This document shows, piece by piece, positions 18,838 through 29,205 of a stretch of DNA of 64,000 nucleotides (position 1 is the stretch's first letter; each line of letters begins with the position of its first letter). The position numbers and the translations under genes are program-made. The DNA comes from an uncultured virus (IMG/VR IMGVR_UViG_3300037961_006532) (Duplodnaviria; Heunggongvirae; Uroviricota; Caudoviricetes): positions 1-64,000 of IMG/VR virus record IMGVR_UViG_3300037961_006532; one strand, given 5' to 3'. The notes under the pieces are model-generated. The model saw only the letters and a program-made list of their open reading frames with translations, was not told the origin of the DNA and did not search any database.

Positions 18838-19826
18838 ATACCATTTTCTTCAGGTACACCTGCTATTTGACCTTCTTTAACTTGGTCCATATAAGAATCG
18901 ATATATCTAAAAGCTTCTGTTTCACTTTGAACTATACCTTCTTCAAACATACGTTTAATAAAATTTTCGATAGCTTCGTGAACTATACCTTCTGATTCTC
19001 TACTATATCTAATTCTAGCTTCAGTAGGTTCAAATCTAGTTTTAGGATTAGCTAAAGTATGCACGAATGATGATTCTGAATCTTCTTCTTCATCGCTCAT
19101 CATACTACCAGCAACGGCTCCGGCAACCTGCGGTGCAATTGCTCTTGCTGCCATACCAGCTAATGCTGCATAATCTTCAGCAGGAACTTTACTTTTACCA
19201 GCAACATGAACTCTTTTAACTTCTTGACATTCTTCATCGTCCTCAGCACCAAAAATTTCATCTTGAGCTTCTTGACCTATACCTGAAATCATATATTCTC
19301 TTTTTGAAAGCTCATCTCTAAAAGGTCCAGCATCTTTACCAGTCATAACACATTTACCAGCTGCAATGTAAGCTCTTCTATTCTTACCACCTAACATCTT
19401 AGTTAGCATAGATTCTACTTCACCGCTCTTTTCTGTAAACTCTTCATCACTATAGGGGCAGCTTGATGCATCTTCAGATGGAGCTACTACTTTATCAGCT
19501 GCGGAATGTGCTTTTTTAGCAACTGCATCAGTTACTGAATGAGCCATACCTGCTAATGCTTGTTTACCTATTTCTTTTAAATGAGGAGCAGCTTTCATAG
19601 CTACTTTTTTTACTGCTGTACCAATATTATCTTCTTCTCTTTCTCCTTTTTCGTAATATCTGTCATGCATAGTTTGGACAGCAGATCTTGCAGAATTAGG
19701 TAATTTAAGATCTTTGAGAATTTGGTCTACTGAATCACCTGCATCTAATGCAGTAATGATACTTTTTATCTTACCTTCATTTAATGGTTGGTAAGCCTCG
19801 TAAATTAACTGAGCATCTTTATTCAT
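18834..19826 (-). CDS. Hypothetical protein, possible internal head protein
   Basis: N-terminal LIYEAY..LNE; segments punctuated by ED motifs. Confidence 0.5.
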   Translation of the reverse strand: MNKDAQLIYEAYQPLNEGKIKSIITALDAGDSVDQILKDLKLPNSARSAVQTMHDRYYEKGEREEDNIGTAVKKVAMKAAPHLKEIGKQALAGMAHSVTDAVAKKAHSAADKVVAPSEDASSCPYSDEEFTEKSGEVESMLTKMLGGKNRRAYIAAGKCVMTGKDAGPFRDELSKREYMISGIGQEAQDEIFGAEDDEECQEVKRVHVAGKSKVPAEDYAALAGMAARAIAPQVAGAVAGSMMSDEEEDSESSFVHTLANPKTRFEPTEARIRYSRESEGIVHEAIENFIKRMFEEGIVQSETEAFRYIDSYMDQVKEGQIAGVPEENGI

Positions 19827-20236
19827 TATACGTACCTATATTTAGGATCATTAGCTCCAGCTAAGTAACCCTTCATTATTTCACTAAGTGATGATATTTC
19901 CATTGCTACTCTAGCAATTTTTTTTGTTTCAGCATTACTAATACTATCAAATAAAGTATCTTCTTCAGCTTGATTTAATTTAGTCTGAATACTATCTGTA
20001 GTGCCATTTAGATATTCTGAAAATCTATCCATTTCACCTATCCATGAATTTAGTTCGTCGAACATTTCTTTTTGACCGTTAGCAACTGGTGTATCAGGAG
20101 TATCAACATCGAAATCACCTGGGTCAGTTTCAGGATCTAACTCAGCAGCCATTGCATCTTGATCAGTAACTTCTGGTTCTAAGTCTTCGTCTTGCTCTTT
20201 TAATACGCGATTAAATTTTTTAACATATAAACTCAT
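19826..20236 (-). CDS. Acidic late protein
   Basis: TATAAATA-N5-ATG; N-terminal KKFNRVLKE. Confidence 0.55.
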   Translation of the reverse strand: MSLYVKKFNRVLKEQDEDLEPEVTDQDAMAAELDPETDPGDFDVDTPDTPVANGQKEMFDELNSWIGEMDRFSEYLNGTTDSIQTKLNQAEEDTLFDSISNAETKKIARVAMEISSLSEIMKGYLAGANDPKYRYV

Positions 20237-20241
20237 ACAAT

Positions 20242-20253
20242 TATTTATAAATA
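20242..20253. promoter_or_regulatory. Palindromic bidirectional T4-type late promoter
   Basis: TATTTATAAATA reads TATAAATA on both strands, each 5 nt from an ATG (20236 minus, 20259 plus). Confidence 0.75.
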
Positions 20254-20258
20254 TTTAT

Positions 20259-20627
20259 ATGCTAAATACCAAATTTAAAGACTTTGTTCAGCAATTAAAT
20301 GAGGATGATATGATTCCTGATACTAAAAGAGACATGTTAGGGTTAAAAGATGAAAGTTTACCCAATCCTACTAACGTAAATGATTACTTTAGATCTAAAG
20401 AAAGAACTGATGTTGCTCCTGAAAACGTGCCTTACCCTTTAGGTGAAGTAAGTAACATGACTAGCAACGCATTTATTGCTTTACAAAACTTGGAAGGTCT
20501 TTTAAAAATAGCAAAAACTAATGCTGTTATAAAAGATAAGACATTAATTGATGTAGTTGAAAAGAAAGTATTAAAACTTAAGAAAGATATAGTTGATATT
20601 GATTTTTTATCTACTAAAATAAAATAA
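20259..20627 (+). CDS. Hypothetical late protein
   Basis: TATAAATA-N5-ATG; N-terminal KFKDFVQQLNE. Confidence 0.55.
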   Translation: MLNTKFKDFVQQLNEDDMIPDTKRDMLGLKDESLPNPTNVNDYFRSKERTDVAPENVPYPLGEVSNMTSNAFIALQNLEGLLKIAKTNAVIKDKTLIDVVEKKVLKLKKDIVDIDFLSTKIK

Positions 20628-21022
20628 TGTTAAATGTACTTAAATCTATTCTTATAACTTTAGTAGTTAGTACAATATTTGGTTTTATTATAGAGCCTTT
20701 TTGGAAAACGTTTATAATAGTAACATTATTACAGTTTATTGTATTTTACTTTTTTAATACATTATATCAAGGTTATGTTTTAAAAAAAGCAATGCAATTG
20801 AATATTACTTTAGAAAAAGAAAAGCAAAAAAATAGCATTATGTTAGCATGTCCTAGTTGTAATTATAGACAATTTGTTGAAATGAATTTATTAGAAAGTG
20901 TTATATATAAATGCGATCAATGCAATACTGAAATTAAAGCTGAACCTAACGTTAAGAATTATATAACTACAAATCCAATATATTTTAAAGATGGAACAGA
21001 ACCAGTTAGAGAAAATAGCTAA
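20627..21022 (+). CDS. Membrane protein with C-terminal Zn ribbon
   Basis: Two TM-like segments; CPSC..CDQC. Confidence 0.6.
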   Translation: MLNVLKSILITLVVSTIFGFIIEPFWKTFIIVTLLQFIVFYFFNTLYQGYVLKKAMQLNITLEKEKQKNSIMLACPSCNYRQFVEMNLLESVIYKCDQCNTEIKAEPNVKNYITTNPIYFKDGTEPVRENS

Positions 21023-21401
21023 AGAAGTACCTCCTACGAAATTAGGTGACCCTAAACTAGAAGAATCAAAATTAAATCTAGAAGAATTTGAATCTTTTAT
21101 AAAAGTTTTTGGTTATGATAACTTTAATTCTTTTAATGAAGGAAAAGTTTATCAAAAAAATAAAGAATTAAACTTAATTACAAGTATTTTTAAGCTATTT
21201 AATGAAGAAATAAAATCAATTGATGCTAAAACTGATGTAAAGAACTTAAGTTTGTTAAAAATAAATAAAAAGTTAATTGTGGAAAATATACATAACTTAA
21301 ACAACCTTTTAAACTCATTAGATATAAAAGAAGAAAAAATTCTTTATAAACTATTAGGAACTATGATACAATATTTATATGAGCTTAGAGAAAGAAAATA
21401 A
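20991..21401 (+). CDS. Hypothetical protein
   Basis: Overlapping ORF in operon. Confidence 0.5.
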   Translation: MEQNQLEKIAKEVPPTKLGDPKLEESKLNLEEFESFIKVFGYDNFNSFNEGKVYQKNKELNLITSIFKLFNEEIKSIDAKTDVKNLSLLKINKKLIVENIHNLNNLLNSLDIKEEKILYKLLGTMIQYLYELRERK

Positions 21402-21663
21402 TAAAGATAATATAGATATCGAAGATAAGTATAGTTTAGATTTTTTAGCAAGATTTGCTTGTCTATATGAAGCGGTAAACATAGCATGTGATAGAGCTGA
21501 AAAGTTAGGTTACGATGCTGGAAAAAGTAATATATGGATTAAACCTACTGCATTTCAAAAGTATGTTCAAGAACGATATGGTGATATGAAATACAATATG
21601 GAGCAAAATAGAAAAGGAATAGATACCGATGCAATTTATCCCTGGGACCAAGTTTATCAATAA
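21379..21663 (+). CDS. Hypothetical protein
   Basis: Overlapping ORF in operon. Confidence 0.5.
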   Translation: MSLEKENNKDNIDIEDKYSLDFLARFACLYEAVNIACDRAEKLGYDAGKSNIWIKPTAFQKYVQERYGDMKYNMEQNRKGIDTDAIYPWDQVYQ

Positions 21664-21844
21664 TACCCGTAAGCATACTAAACTTTTTAAAAGTGGAGTA
21701 CTTTACGTTTTAAACCATATTGAAAAAAATAAAGATGGTTCTATTAAGTATGTCTTTAGATTACCGCAAACTAGAGAAACTAAAGAAGTGAATTTCGAAA
21801 GTATTGAACAAGCAGATAATTTTCTTTCAATTATTAAAATTTAA
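21629..21844 (+). CDS. Hypothetical protein
   Basis: Overlapping ORF in operon. Confidence 0.45.
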   Translation: MQFIPGTKFINNTRKHTKLFKSGVLYVLNHIEKNKDGSIKYVFRLPQTRETKEVNFESIEQADNFLSIIKI

Positions 21845-22722
21845 ACTGATGGTTTACCGCCAGGGTAATTACCTGCTGTAGCTGATAAAGTTACATTATA
21901 AATACCAGGCTCAGAAAATAAGATTTGCCATTTTTTCTCAGTAGCATTAGCAGTGTCAGTTAATTGCCAATTAGAATATGAAGGGTCTAAATATGGTGTA
22001 GGCATCCAATTAGTAGTATGAAAATCAATACCAGCTGATTCACCCGTTTTAAAAGGAATAATTACTTGTTGTGTAAGTTTATTTCTATCACCCCAAGGAG
22101 CTGCCACAGCTGCTACTGATTGAGGTGTAGGATTTTGATATATGTAACCAGCACTTAAATAAACTGCACCTTCAGATATACCATCAGATCTAAAAGTATT
22201 AATTCTTGGTCTATCATTAATGAATGATGTTTGACTTGTTGAAAAACTACTAATAGGTACATTAGTTAAATCCCAACTTATATTTAAAGTGTAAAATAAT
22301 TCACTATCAGGTCTTTCAGCTCCTTCAAATACTTGCTCATATGAAAAAACGACCTGGTCATGAGCTGCGTCTTCAATTAAAGTATTAAGGTAATCAAATC
22401 TATTCAATTCACTATCTTTATTTTTTAATAACTTTTTACATAATTCATCATGTATTGTATCAGGTATTGCTGCTTCTCTATACCCTGCAAATAAAGGTTT
22501 GCCATTTGAATCTAAAGCAGAAGAAAAGAAATTTTGTATTTCTACACGACTTAAAACCCCATCTTCGTTTGTGTCAATTAGCTGAAATAGTTGTAATTCA
22601 GTTAAGTTATTATCTTTAAGATATTTTCTAAAAGTTGCAGCTATATACTCTTCTTTACCTTCACGAGACATTTGCAATAAGGTAGATATATTAGTTTGTA
22701 AGCCTGGTGTTAAATTTTCCAT
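21841..22722 (-). CDS. Putative virion protein with EF-hand and beta-rich C-terminus
   Basis: DTNEDGVLSRVE EF-hand loop; PGIYNVTLSA (PKD/Ig-like strand). Confidence 0.5.
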   Translation of the reverse strand: MENLTPGLQTNISTLLQMSREGKEEYIAATFRKYLKDNNLTELQLFQLIDTNEDGVLSRVEIQNFFSSALDSNGKPLFAGYREAAIPDTIHDELCKKLLKNKDSELNRFDYLNTLIEDAAHDQVVFSYEQVFEGAERPDSELFYTLNISWDLTNVPISSFSTSQTSFINDRPRINTFRSDGISEGAVYLSAGYIYQNPTPQSVAAVAAPWGDRNKLTQQVIIPFKTGESAGIDFHTTNWMPTPYLDPSYSNWQLTDTANATEKKWQILFSEPGIYNVTLSATAGNYPGGKPSV

Positions 22723-22723
22723 T

Positions 22724-24061
22724 TTAATTATTTATAAACGATCTGAAATCATTAAAGTTTATAACCTCTCCTATTCTTTTATTGAGACCATTAAATACTG
22801 TACCTGCTACAAATGCAGCTGCCGACGATAAACCAGTTGAATCACAAACTAATTCAGTAAATTGTCTATTAAATGGTATTGTAGATATCAATTGATTAAC
22901 TGTATTCTCTGAAGTATATGGTATAAAATTAGCAGCTGTTGCTATATCTACAAACGTACTAAAATATTCATTTTTTCTTTCTGAATCAGCCTTTAAAGTT
23001 AAGTAAAGATATAGAACATCTGATCCGTTACTATCACTTGTATCGATATTATTAGTCTGAATAGCATTTATTAAAGTACCTTGCCTATCGGTAATATTCA
23101 TCAGTGTACCATCTTCTTTAGAATGAAATGATTGTGAATCTAATACTACTATTCCATCATCAATTAAACTTTTATTAGATTTATATAAAATAAAATTAAA
23201 ATCTAAATCATAACCATTCTCATATTTAAATTTAAAATTAAGGGTAGAAGATACCTTACTACTAAAAGTAGTATACCTATGTTTCCAATTATTCGGGAAA
23301 TAAAAGAAAGGATTGCCGAGAGTATCGTATCTTTCATCGCTATCGGGTAATAAATTATAATTACCTGAACTTAAATCTACTGTTTCAATAGTAGAATCCC
23401 CGTAATCAGCTATAATTTTATATAAAGTATTTGCAGGTCTAGTTTTTTCTATTAAACTCCCAGCAACAGCGCCACCAGCTCCTGATAATGTTTCCCAATC
23501 ATTAGGGCTTGTTAGTCTATTGAGAGGTACACCGGATAATAAATTTGATATGGAAGTGTTTGTACCAAATAAAAGTGTAGGTGGTTCAGTTCTCGGTAAG
23601 TTAGGTTCTCTATAAACTATATACCATCGAGCAGTTGGTAATTCGCTAGGATTGACTAATTCACTTGGTTCAATTCCATATCCATTAGCTGCATTAAAGT
23701 TAGTACCAGTTATATCTTGATTATAACTAGTGGAATAACTGCCATTAACTAAATGATTTGTCTGAGTATATATCGGAGCTGATAAAGTAATAGTAGTTGA
23801 TGAAATAGGATTACCAGTTTTACCGGCAGATAAAAAATAGCTACCCTGAACTGGGCTTTTTGATGTACCTACGTTCCATCCATATAGTTCAACATATACA
23901 TCCTCCGGTGAAAAAATAGGCACGTTAAATGTACTGTCAGGATTACGAACATTAAATGAAACTTCAGTCTCATCGTTTAAGAAAAGTCTATAACCATTTT
24001 GAACTATATCTGATGTAAATGGCATTGAACCTGCTGATAAATTGTATGTTGTTATATTCAT
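22724..24061 (-). CDS. Putative virion structural protein
   Basis: S/T/G/N-rich; PKD-like DYGD..HRY; late operon. Confidence 0.5.
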   Translation of the reverse strand: MNITTYNLSAGSMPFTSDIVQNGYRLFLNDETEVSFNVRNPDSTFNVPIFSPEDVYVELYGWNVGTSKSPVQGSYFLSAGKTGNPISSTTITLSAPIYTQTNHLVNGSYSTSYNQDITGTNFNAANGYGIEPSELVNPSELPTARWYIVYREPNLPRTEPPTLLFGTNTSISNLLSGVPLNRLTSPNDWETLSGAGGAVAGSLIEKTRPANTLYKIIADYGDSTIETVDLSSGNYNLLPDSDERYDTLGNPFFYFPNNWKHRYTTFSSKVSSTLNFKFKYENGYDLDFNFILYKSNKSLIDDGIVVLDSQSFHSKEDGTLMNITDRQGTLINAIQTNNIDTSDSNGSDVLYLYLTLKADSERKNEYFSTFVDIATAANFIPYTSENTVNQLISTIPFNRQFTELVCDSTGLSSAAAFVAGTVFNGLNKRIGEVINFNDFRSFINN

Positions 24062-26487
24062 TAGTTCCTTATAAGTCTGTTAAAAAATAAAGTTCTTGTT
24101 CTTGGCCCCTGCAATTCCTGTGATAATTCAGGTCCAACTCCCGGTCCATATCCACTTGAAGCTGGTACGTTAGTAATATTCAATGCTGATAATTTAAATT
24201 GACCTGATAATGATGTCACACCATTTCCTGTAATAGTATTTTTAGGGGATATATTAAATTTATCTCTATAAATAACATTTTTTCTTATATTCATTTTATT
24301 ATCTAAGAAATAGTATTTCAATAGATGAATAATAGGTGAATCATTTAAATCTTTATATGTCGTTGTTAAAATGAATTCGTTTAACTCTGAATTATGAGAT
24401 AAATTAACGTTTTCTAATCTATTAAAAATAATATTTTCATTAAAGAAGAAATTTTCTTCAAAAAATGTTTCTTTAGTATTATTTCTAGTTAACATTTCAT
24501 TAGATACTTTACTGTTAGTATCATAACTATAAAATTCGTAATAAAATTTATCACTAAAACCAGTAGTAGGATTGTATGAAGTTATCTTTGCTTTATAAAT
24601 TATATCGTCTACTAAGCAATCATTGCTAATATCACTTAAATTATTACTATCTTTTTCAATAATAAACGGTGTAGATGGAATATTAACTAATTTTTTATCC
24701 TTTATCTTATAACCGTCAATAATATTATGAGAAGATAAAAGCATACTATATGTATCACCATATATATTAAAATCCTTTATATTATTATTAGCTTGATATA
24801 TTACAGCACCGGAACCTAAACCTTTTAATTTATCTAAAACAATGTTAAACGGTGATGCACTTAAAATTACAAATTCATTTGTTATAATATTATTGAAATA
24901 TATAAACTTAGTATCTGTTTTTCTTTGCAATAAAGTTTTTTCTTTTAAAACAAATCCATATTTATTAACACTAAAATCTACCGTTTTACCTGATTTTAAT
25001 GGTGTATCTTCTTGAGATTCTGCCCCTGTTCTAATATTACGATTTATAACAGGTTCTTTAATAAATGAAACATACTCATTACCATATATATCTGATTCAT
25101 TTTTTACTATTGTACCGAAATTAGTTATATCTTTATAATTTTTATCTAAAGATGAACTGTTATTAATGTTATATAATTTATTTTCTTTTGAATCGTATGA
25201 ATGAAAATAATGATTTCTTTCATTACTCTTTACTATTTTTCTACCAAATGATGATGAAATATTTTTATATGAATTAGGCTTAAAATAAAAATCGTATGGA
25301 TTTAATCTTTTAGTGGTACTAGCATTTAATATATCACCATACTTATTAGGATCCGGAAAAACGTATACATAATTTGATTTTAAATCTATCTTTAAAGTTT
25401 TATTAAATTCACCATCTATTCTTAAAACAGAAAATTTAGTTGGTTCAAAATAAAACCCAACTTCTCTTTCAAAAACAGGATTATTAGTAGAATTTTGTCT
25501 TATACTAGGAAAGTTTACATTTAATGCATTGGAGGTTTGATCTTCAGCTTTAAATAAAGTACCTGATACGAATGATGTCTCGTTAGTAGATAAATAATAG
25601 TAATCTGCACCTGTAAATCTTTTAGCTAATTCAGCTTCTAAAGTTATACTAAAATTTTCTCTTTTATCGTTATTAACGTTATAATCTATAAAATCATCAC
25701 TTTTAAAATAATCTTTAAAAACTCTATTAACATTGATAGTAATATTAAACGGAGCTAATTCTTTAATTTTAATATTATTTTTATTAATTATGTCAATTAA
25801 ACTTGCATTAAAATCAATAGTAGCGTTATAATTTATATCGTTAGTTTTAAAAGTTTCGTCAGATTTGGTAGCAGATGGATCTATATCAAAATAATCATTA
25901 TCAGTATCATATGCTTCTTCAAGTTCTATTTCTAAATCGTGAAAAGTAGTAGATAATGAAAACGATTCACTTTTTTGTACATCTGCACTTTGAAAAAAAT
26001 CAATTACACTATTTTTTACTAAATTCTTAATACTCTCATTGCTGCCTTTATTTTTTACTTCTCGTAAATCCTTTTTAAACGTATTACGTCTATTTCTATA
26101 ATAGGAAACTATATCTTTAACTTTTTTACTATAGAATGGAATAGCTTGAGTTAATGCTTTAGGATCATTTAAATCAATATTATCAAAGAATCTTCTTTCT
26201 TCAGAGGTTGAATAGTTAAGTGTTAAATCATTAAAAAAGTTTATATAAATATCCCTAATATTTACTTTAATATTTTTTTTACTTTTGTAATTAGTTTTAT
26301 TCCAGTTTGTAATATATTTTTTATATTCTTCTAAATTTTGCTCATCAGCATTATCTAATACTGTAATATAATTAAGAAACTCTATAAAACTAAAAGGTCT
26401 TTGCGTATCTAGTTTATTATCATCTAATGTATTAGTTATACTATTGTATACTACTAATGATGTATATTTCTTTGTATTACGCGCCAT
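24061..26487 (-). CDS. Putative virion (baseplate-associated) protein
   Basis: 808 aa; TAAATA-N5-ATG. Confidence 0.5.
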   Translation of the reverse strand: MARNTKKYTSLVVYNSITNTLDDNKLDTQRPFSFIEFLNYITVLDNADEQNLEEYKKYITNWNKTNYKSKKNIKVNIRDIYINFFNDLTLNYSTSEERRFFDNIDLNDPKALTQAIPFYSKKVKDIVSYYRNRRNTFKKDLREVKNKGSNESIKNLVKNSVIDFFQSADVQKSESFSLSTTFHDLEIELEEAYDTDNDYFDIDPSATKSDETFKTNDINYNATIDFNASLIDIINKNNIKIKELAPFNITINVNRVFKDYFKSDDFIDYNVNNDKRENFSITLEAELAKRFTGADYYYLSTNETSFVSGTLFKAEDQTSNALNVNFPSIRQNSTNNPVFEREVGFYFEPTKFSVLRIDGEFNKTLKIDLKSNYVYVFPDPNKYGDILNASTTKRLNPYDFYFKPNSYKNISSSFGRKIVKSNERNHYFHSYDSKENKLYNINNSSSLDKNYKDITNFGTIVKNESDIYGNEYVSFIKEPVINRNIRTGAESQEDTPLKSGKTVDFSVNKYGFVLKEKTLLQRKTDTKFIYFNNIITNEFVILSASPFNIVLDKLKGLGSGAVIYQANNNIKDFNIYGDTYSMLLSSHNIIDGYKIKDKKLVNIPSTPFIIEKDSNNLSDISNDCLVDDIIYKAKITSYNPTTGFSDKFYYEFYSYDTNSKVSNEMLTRNNTKETFFEENFFFNENIIFNRLENVNLSHNSELNEFILTTTYKDLNDSPIIHLLKYYFLDNKMNIRKNVIYRDKFNISPKNTITGNGVTSLSGQFKLSALNITNVPASSGYGPGVGPELSQELQGPRTRTLFFNRLIRN

Positions 26488-26540
26488 AGAAATATTTAAT
26501 CTTAAATTTAAGGAAGTAAATCATAATATAATTTTATAAA

Positions 26541-28049
26541 TTATGCTGATAGCAATGAGGTCTTAGTATACAAATTTCTCAATATAAGATCATCTAGAAT
26601 GCCACCTTTCATTTCAAATGAACTTAAACTAGATAAAGAAATATTAGTTAAATCATTTTTATAATCTATAATATTATTAAAACTAGTACCATCGATGGTT
26701 GAAACATAGTTATAAAAAGTATAAAACTCTTCTATTTTAGTATAATCATAATCATACAATTCATTTGTTATTCGATTATTATCTTCAGTAATTAAGAAAT
26801 CATCTATACTAGTTAAAGGCGAACTTTCAGATATAAAATACGTATTATTACCAAAATTTGTAGGCAAAACCAATGGCCATGGCCATTTTTTAGTGTATGA
26901 ACTTAATGAAAACGTTTTATTAGACTCATTATTAAAAATAAAATCAAATGAATCGGTTGGGTCGATGTTAAGTACTGAGTAAGTATCTGAAAATACTTCA
27001 TGAATTACTATAGGTTTCCATAAATCGCCGCCAGATAATTCATCAGTTAGTGAAATTTTATCTCCTAAATTTTTACCAAATTTTATATTATTTTCATAAC
27101 CGTATTTTTTAAAGTTAGCGTTAAAATTATTTTTATTGTCTATTAGCTTACTAATTTGAATACTAAAAAGATCTATTATTCTTTTCATGGTAGATGGATA
27201 GTTTTCAGCATAATTTAACACATCTGCATCTACCAGCTTTAACTGACTTATTAGTTGAGCTATATTGCACGTTTCTATATCAGTATTATTAGCTACATAG
27301 TTAGCAATTTTTTCATAAATTTGAATACCTAACCCGGTAGGGTCACTATTCTTATCACCCACTATCTCACCTAAAAAATTATCAAAAAATTGTGAGTTAG
27401 TAGCTAAATTAGGTTGAAATAATCTATTTCTTAGATTAGCTTTTTCATCATTATCTTCATTAATTTTTCTAAAGTCATATTCACCTGTAGATAGTTTTAT
27501 AGAAAAGGTATTAGAATTAGCATTAATAATTTTAGTTTGACCATCATTACAAATTACTTTTAATTTTAAATCATTACCTGTTGCATGTGGTATAAAGTAC
27601 CCGTTAAAAAATCCACCCTTATTAATAGATGTTAATTCCCCAAAATTAGTAAAGAAACTTGCACTTACTGATTGATTCAAACTATTAATTAATTCGATAT
27701 TTAGACTACCTTCACTTTCTAATGAAGAATCTAAAAACAACCTAGGTTTATTTTTAGCAGGATAGTCATTTAAAGTTTTTAACCTTACATTGAAGTAAAT
27801 TTGCTGACCCTGATAATATATATCATCAAGATTAAATGTATCATCAATATAACCTATACCATCGATTCCATTTGTACTTATAGCTAATTTATAACCACCA
27901 GGATTGTTTTCATTTATAGTTATAGTTTCACTTTCAGACAATTGATTCAATACACTTATAGTCTGATCTGGCGAATTATAATATAAACTTTCAGGGTCTT
28001 TTACATCCTTTAAGTTAAAATTAGCAAATACTGTAATTTCATGTGCCAT
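26541..28049 (-). CDS. Putative virion (baseplate-associated) protein
   Basis: 502 aa; TAAATA-N6-ATG; FLITEDNNRI motif. Confidence 0.5.
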   Translation of the reverse strand: MAHEITVFANFNLKDVKDPESLYYNSPDQTISVLNQLSESETITINENNPGGYKLAISTNGIDGIGYIDDTFNLDDIYYQGQQIYFNVRLKTLNDYPAKNKPRLFLDSSLESEGSLNIELINSLNQSVSASFFTNFGELTSINKGGFFNGYFIPHATGNDLKLKVICNDGQTKIINANSNTFSIKLSTGEYDFRKINEDNDEKANLRNRLFQPNLATNSQFFDNFLGEIVGDKNSDPTGLGIQIYEKIANYVANNTDIETCNIAQLISQLKLVDADVLNYAENYPSTMKRIIDLFSIQISKLIDNKNNFNANFKKYGYENNIKFGKNLGDKISLTDELSGGDLWKPIVIHEVFSDTYSVLNIDPTDSFDFIFNNESNKTFSLSSYTKKWPWPLVLPTNFGNNTYFISESSPLTSIDDFLITEDNNRITNELYDYDYTKIEEFYTFYNYVSTIDGTSFNNIIDYKNDLTNISLSSLSSFEMKGGILDDLILRNLYTKTSLLSA

Positions 28050-28098
28050 TTAAATTATTTAATTATAGAAGTTTGTAACTAAATGTATAAATAATAAT

Positions 28099-28698
28099 AT
28101 GGAGCGAAAGTTTTTAAAAATCATTGAAAATACCATCTCTCGTTACAGTAATGGCGGCTTTATGACCGGTGATATTGTACAATTAGTTGGTAATTATAAA
28201 TCAAAAGATAGTTATAAAAGTTTACCTGATGATGTAAAAGCATATATTGATGACTATTTCAAAACTGATATGAACTATAGAGTTGTTAATATTAAAACTG
28301 CTCAAGCAACTGGCGGAGGCGCAGGACCAGCTGATAATGCTAACAGAGGTGCAGAATTTAACGTAGAAGTAGCTTTAGATTATGGTGGAGGTAGATACGA
28401 TAATCAAGGTAAAGTTACTGTAAATGCAAATTTATTAAAAAGAGCTAGTGATGATAATGGTGCAGTTGGTAACCCTCCAGTGCCAAATGGAATTAGGTAT
28501 GACAATAAAGAGCAAATTAAACCTAGAGAGCTTAATGATGAAGATGAAATAGAATATACTCGTCAAACATCTCAAGGTAATTTAGGTGATGCAGCTAAAG
28601 ATACTGAATTAAGTCTACCAACATCAAATACTAAGATTCCATCTAAAAGCGTTACTTCATCACCAGCAGTTGGTGATACTAGAGCATATATGGGTTAA
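28099..28698 (+). CDS. Hypothetical late protein
   Basis: TATAAATA-N5-ATG; N-terminal RKFLKIIE. Confidence 0.55.
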   Translation: MERKFLKIIENTISRYSNGGFMTGDIVQLVGNYKSKDSYKSLPDDVKAYIDDYFKTDMNYRVVNIKTAQATGGGAGPADNANRGAEFNVEVALDYGGGRYDNQGKVTVNANLLKRASDDNGAVGNPPVPNGIRYDNKEQIKPRELNDEDEIEYTRQTSQGNLGDAAKDTELSLPTSNTKIPSKSVTSSPAVGDTRAYMG

Positions 28699-29150
28699 TT
28701 AGAAGAATCTTCTTCTATTTCTATTGTTTTAGCTTTTGAAACTAATCTATCGATTAATTCTTCCCTATTCATAGTTAAAACGTGTTCTTCTGCTTTTTGT
28801 AAAGTTAACTCTTTCTTAGCTTGTATATCCATAGCTTTGATATTTGTTTGAGTTTTGTTCTTTTCATCAGAAATTTGTATTTTATTTAACGTTTCAATAG
28901 CAGCAGCCGAAGCTCCAATAAGTTTAGATAATGCTTCTAAGTCTCTACTATCAGGGGCAGCAGTTACAAAGTCTTTTATATCATCTACAACTTCTACACT
29001 ATCTTTAATTAACTTACCTGAATATTGGTACAAGAATTGTTTAAGGGTTTCATCAGTTAATTCCAGTTCATCTTTCTTCTTTTGAACTTCTTTAGTTGTT
29101 TTAAACTGCCCTACTAAGTCATCGACTATTTTATCGATATCATCACTCAT
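28695..29150 (-). CDS. Putative terminase small subunit (gp16-like)
   Basis: Helical, 151 aa; APDSRDLEALSKLI resembles the gp16 PRxxEV..LI helix-turn; late motif upstream. Confidence 0.45.
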   Translation of the reverse strand: MSDDIDKIVDDLVGQFKTTKEVQKKKDELELTDETLKQFLYQYSGKLIKDSVEVVDDIKDFVTAAPDSRDLEALSKLIGASAAAIETLNKIQISDEKNKTQTNIKAMDIQAKKELTLQKAEEHVLTMNREELIDRLVSKAKTIEIEEDSSN

Positions 29151-29171
29151 AAAAATATTTAATAAAGTAAC

Positions 29172-29199
29172 TTGATAATTAAAAGATATAATCTATAAT
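29172..29199 (+). promoter_or_regulatory. Sigma70-like promoter
   Basis: TTGATA-N16-TATAAT-N6-ATG 29206. Confidence 0.7.
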
Positions 29200-29205
29200 A
29201 GAGGT

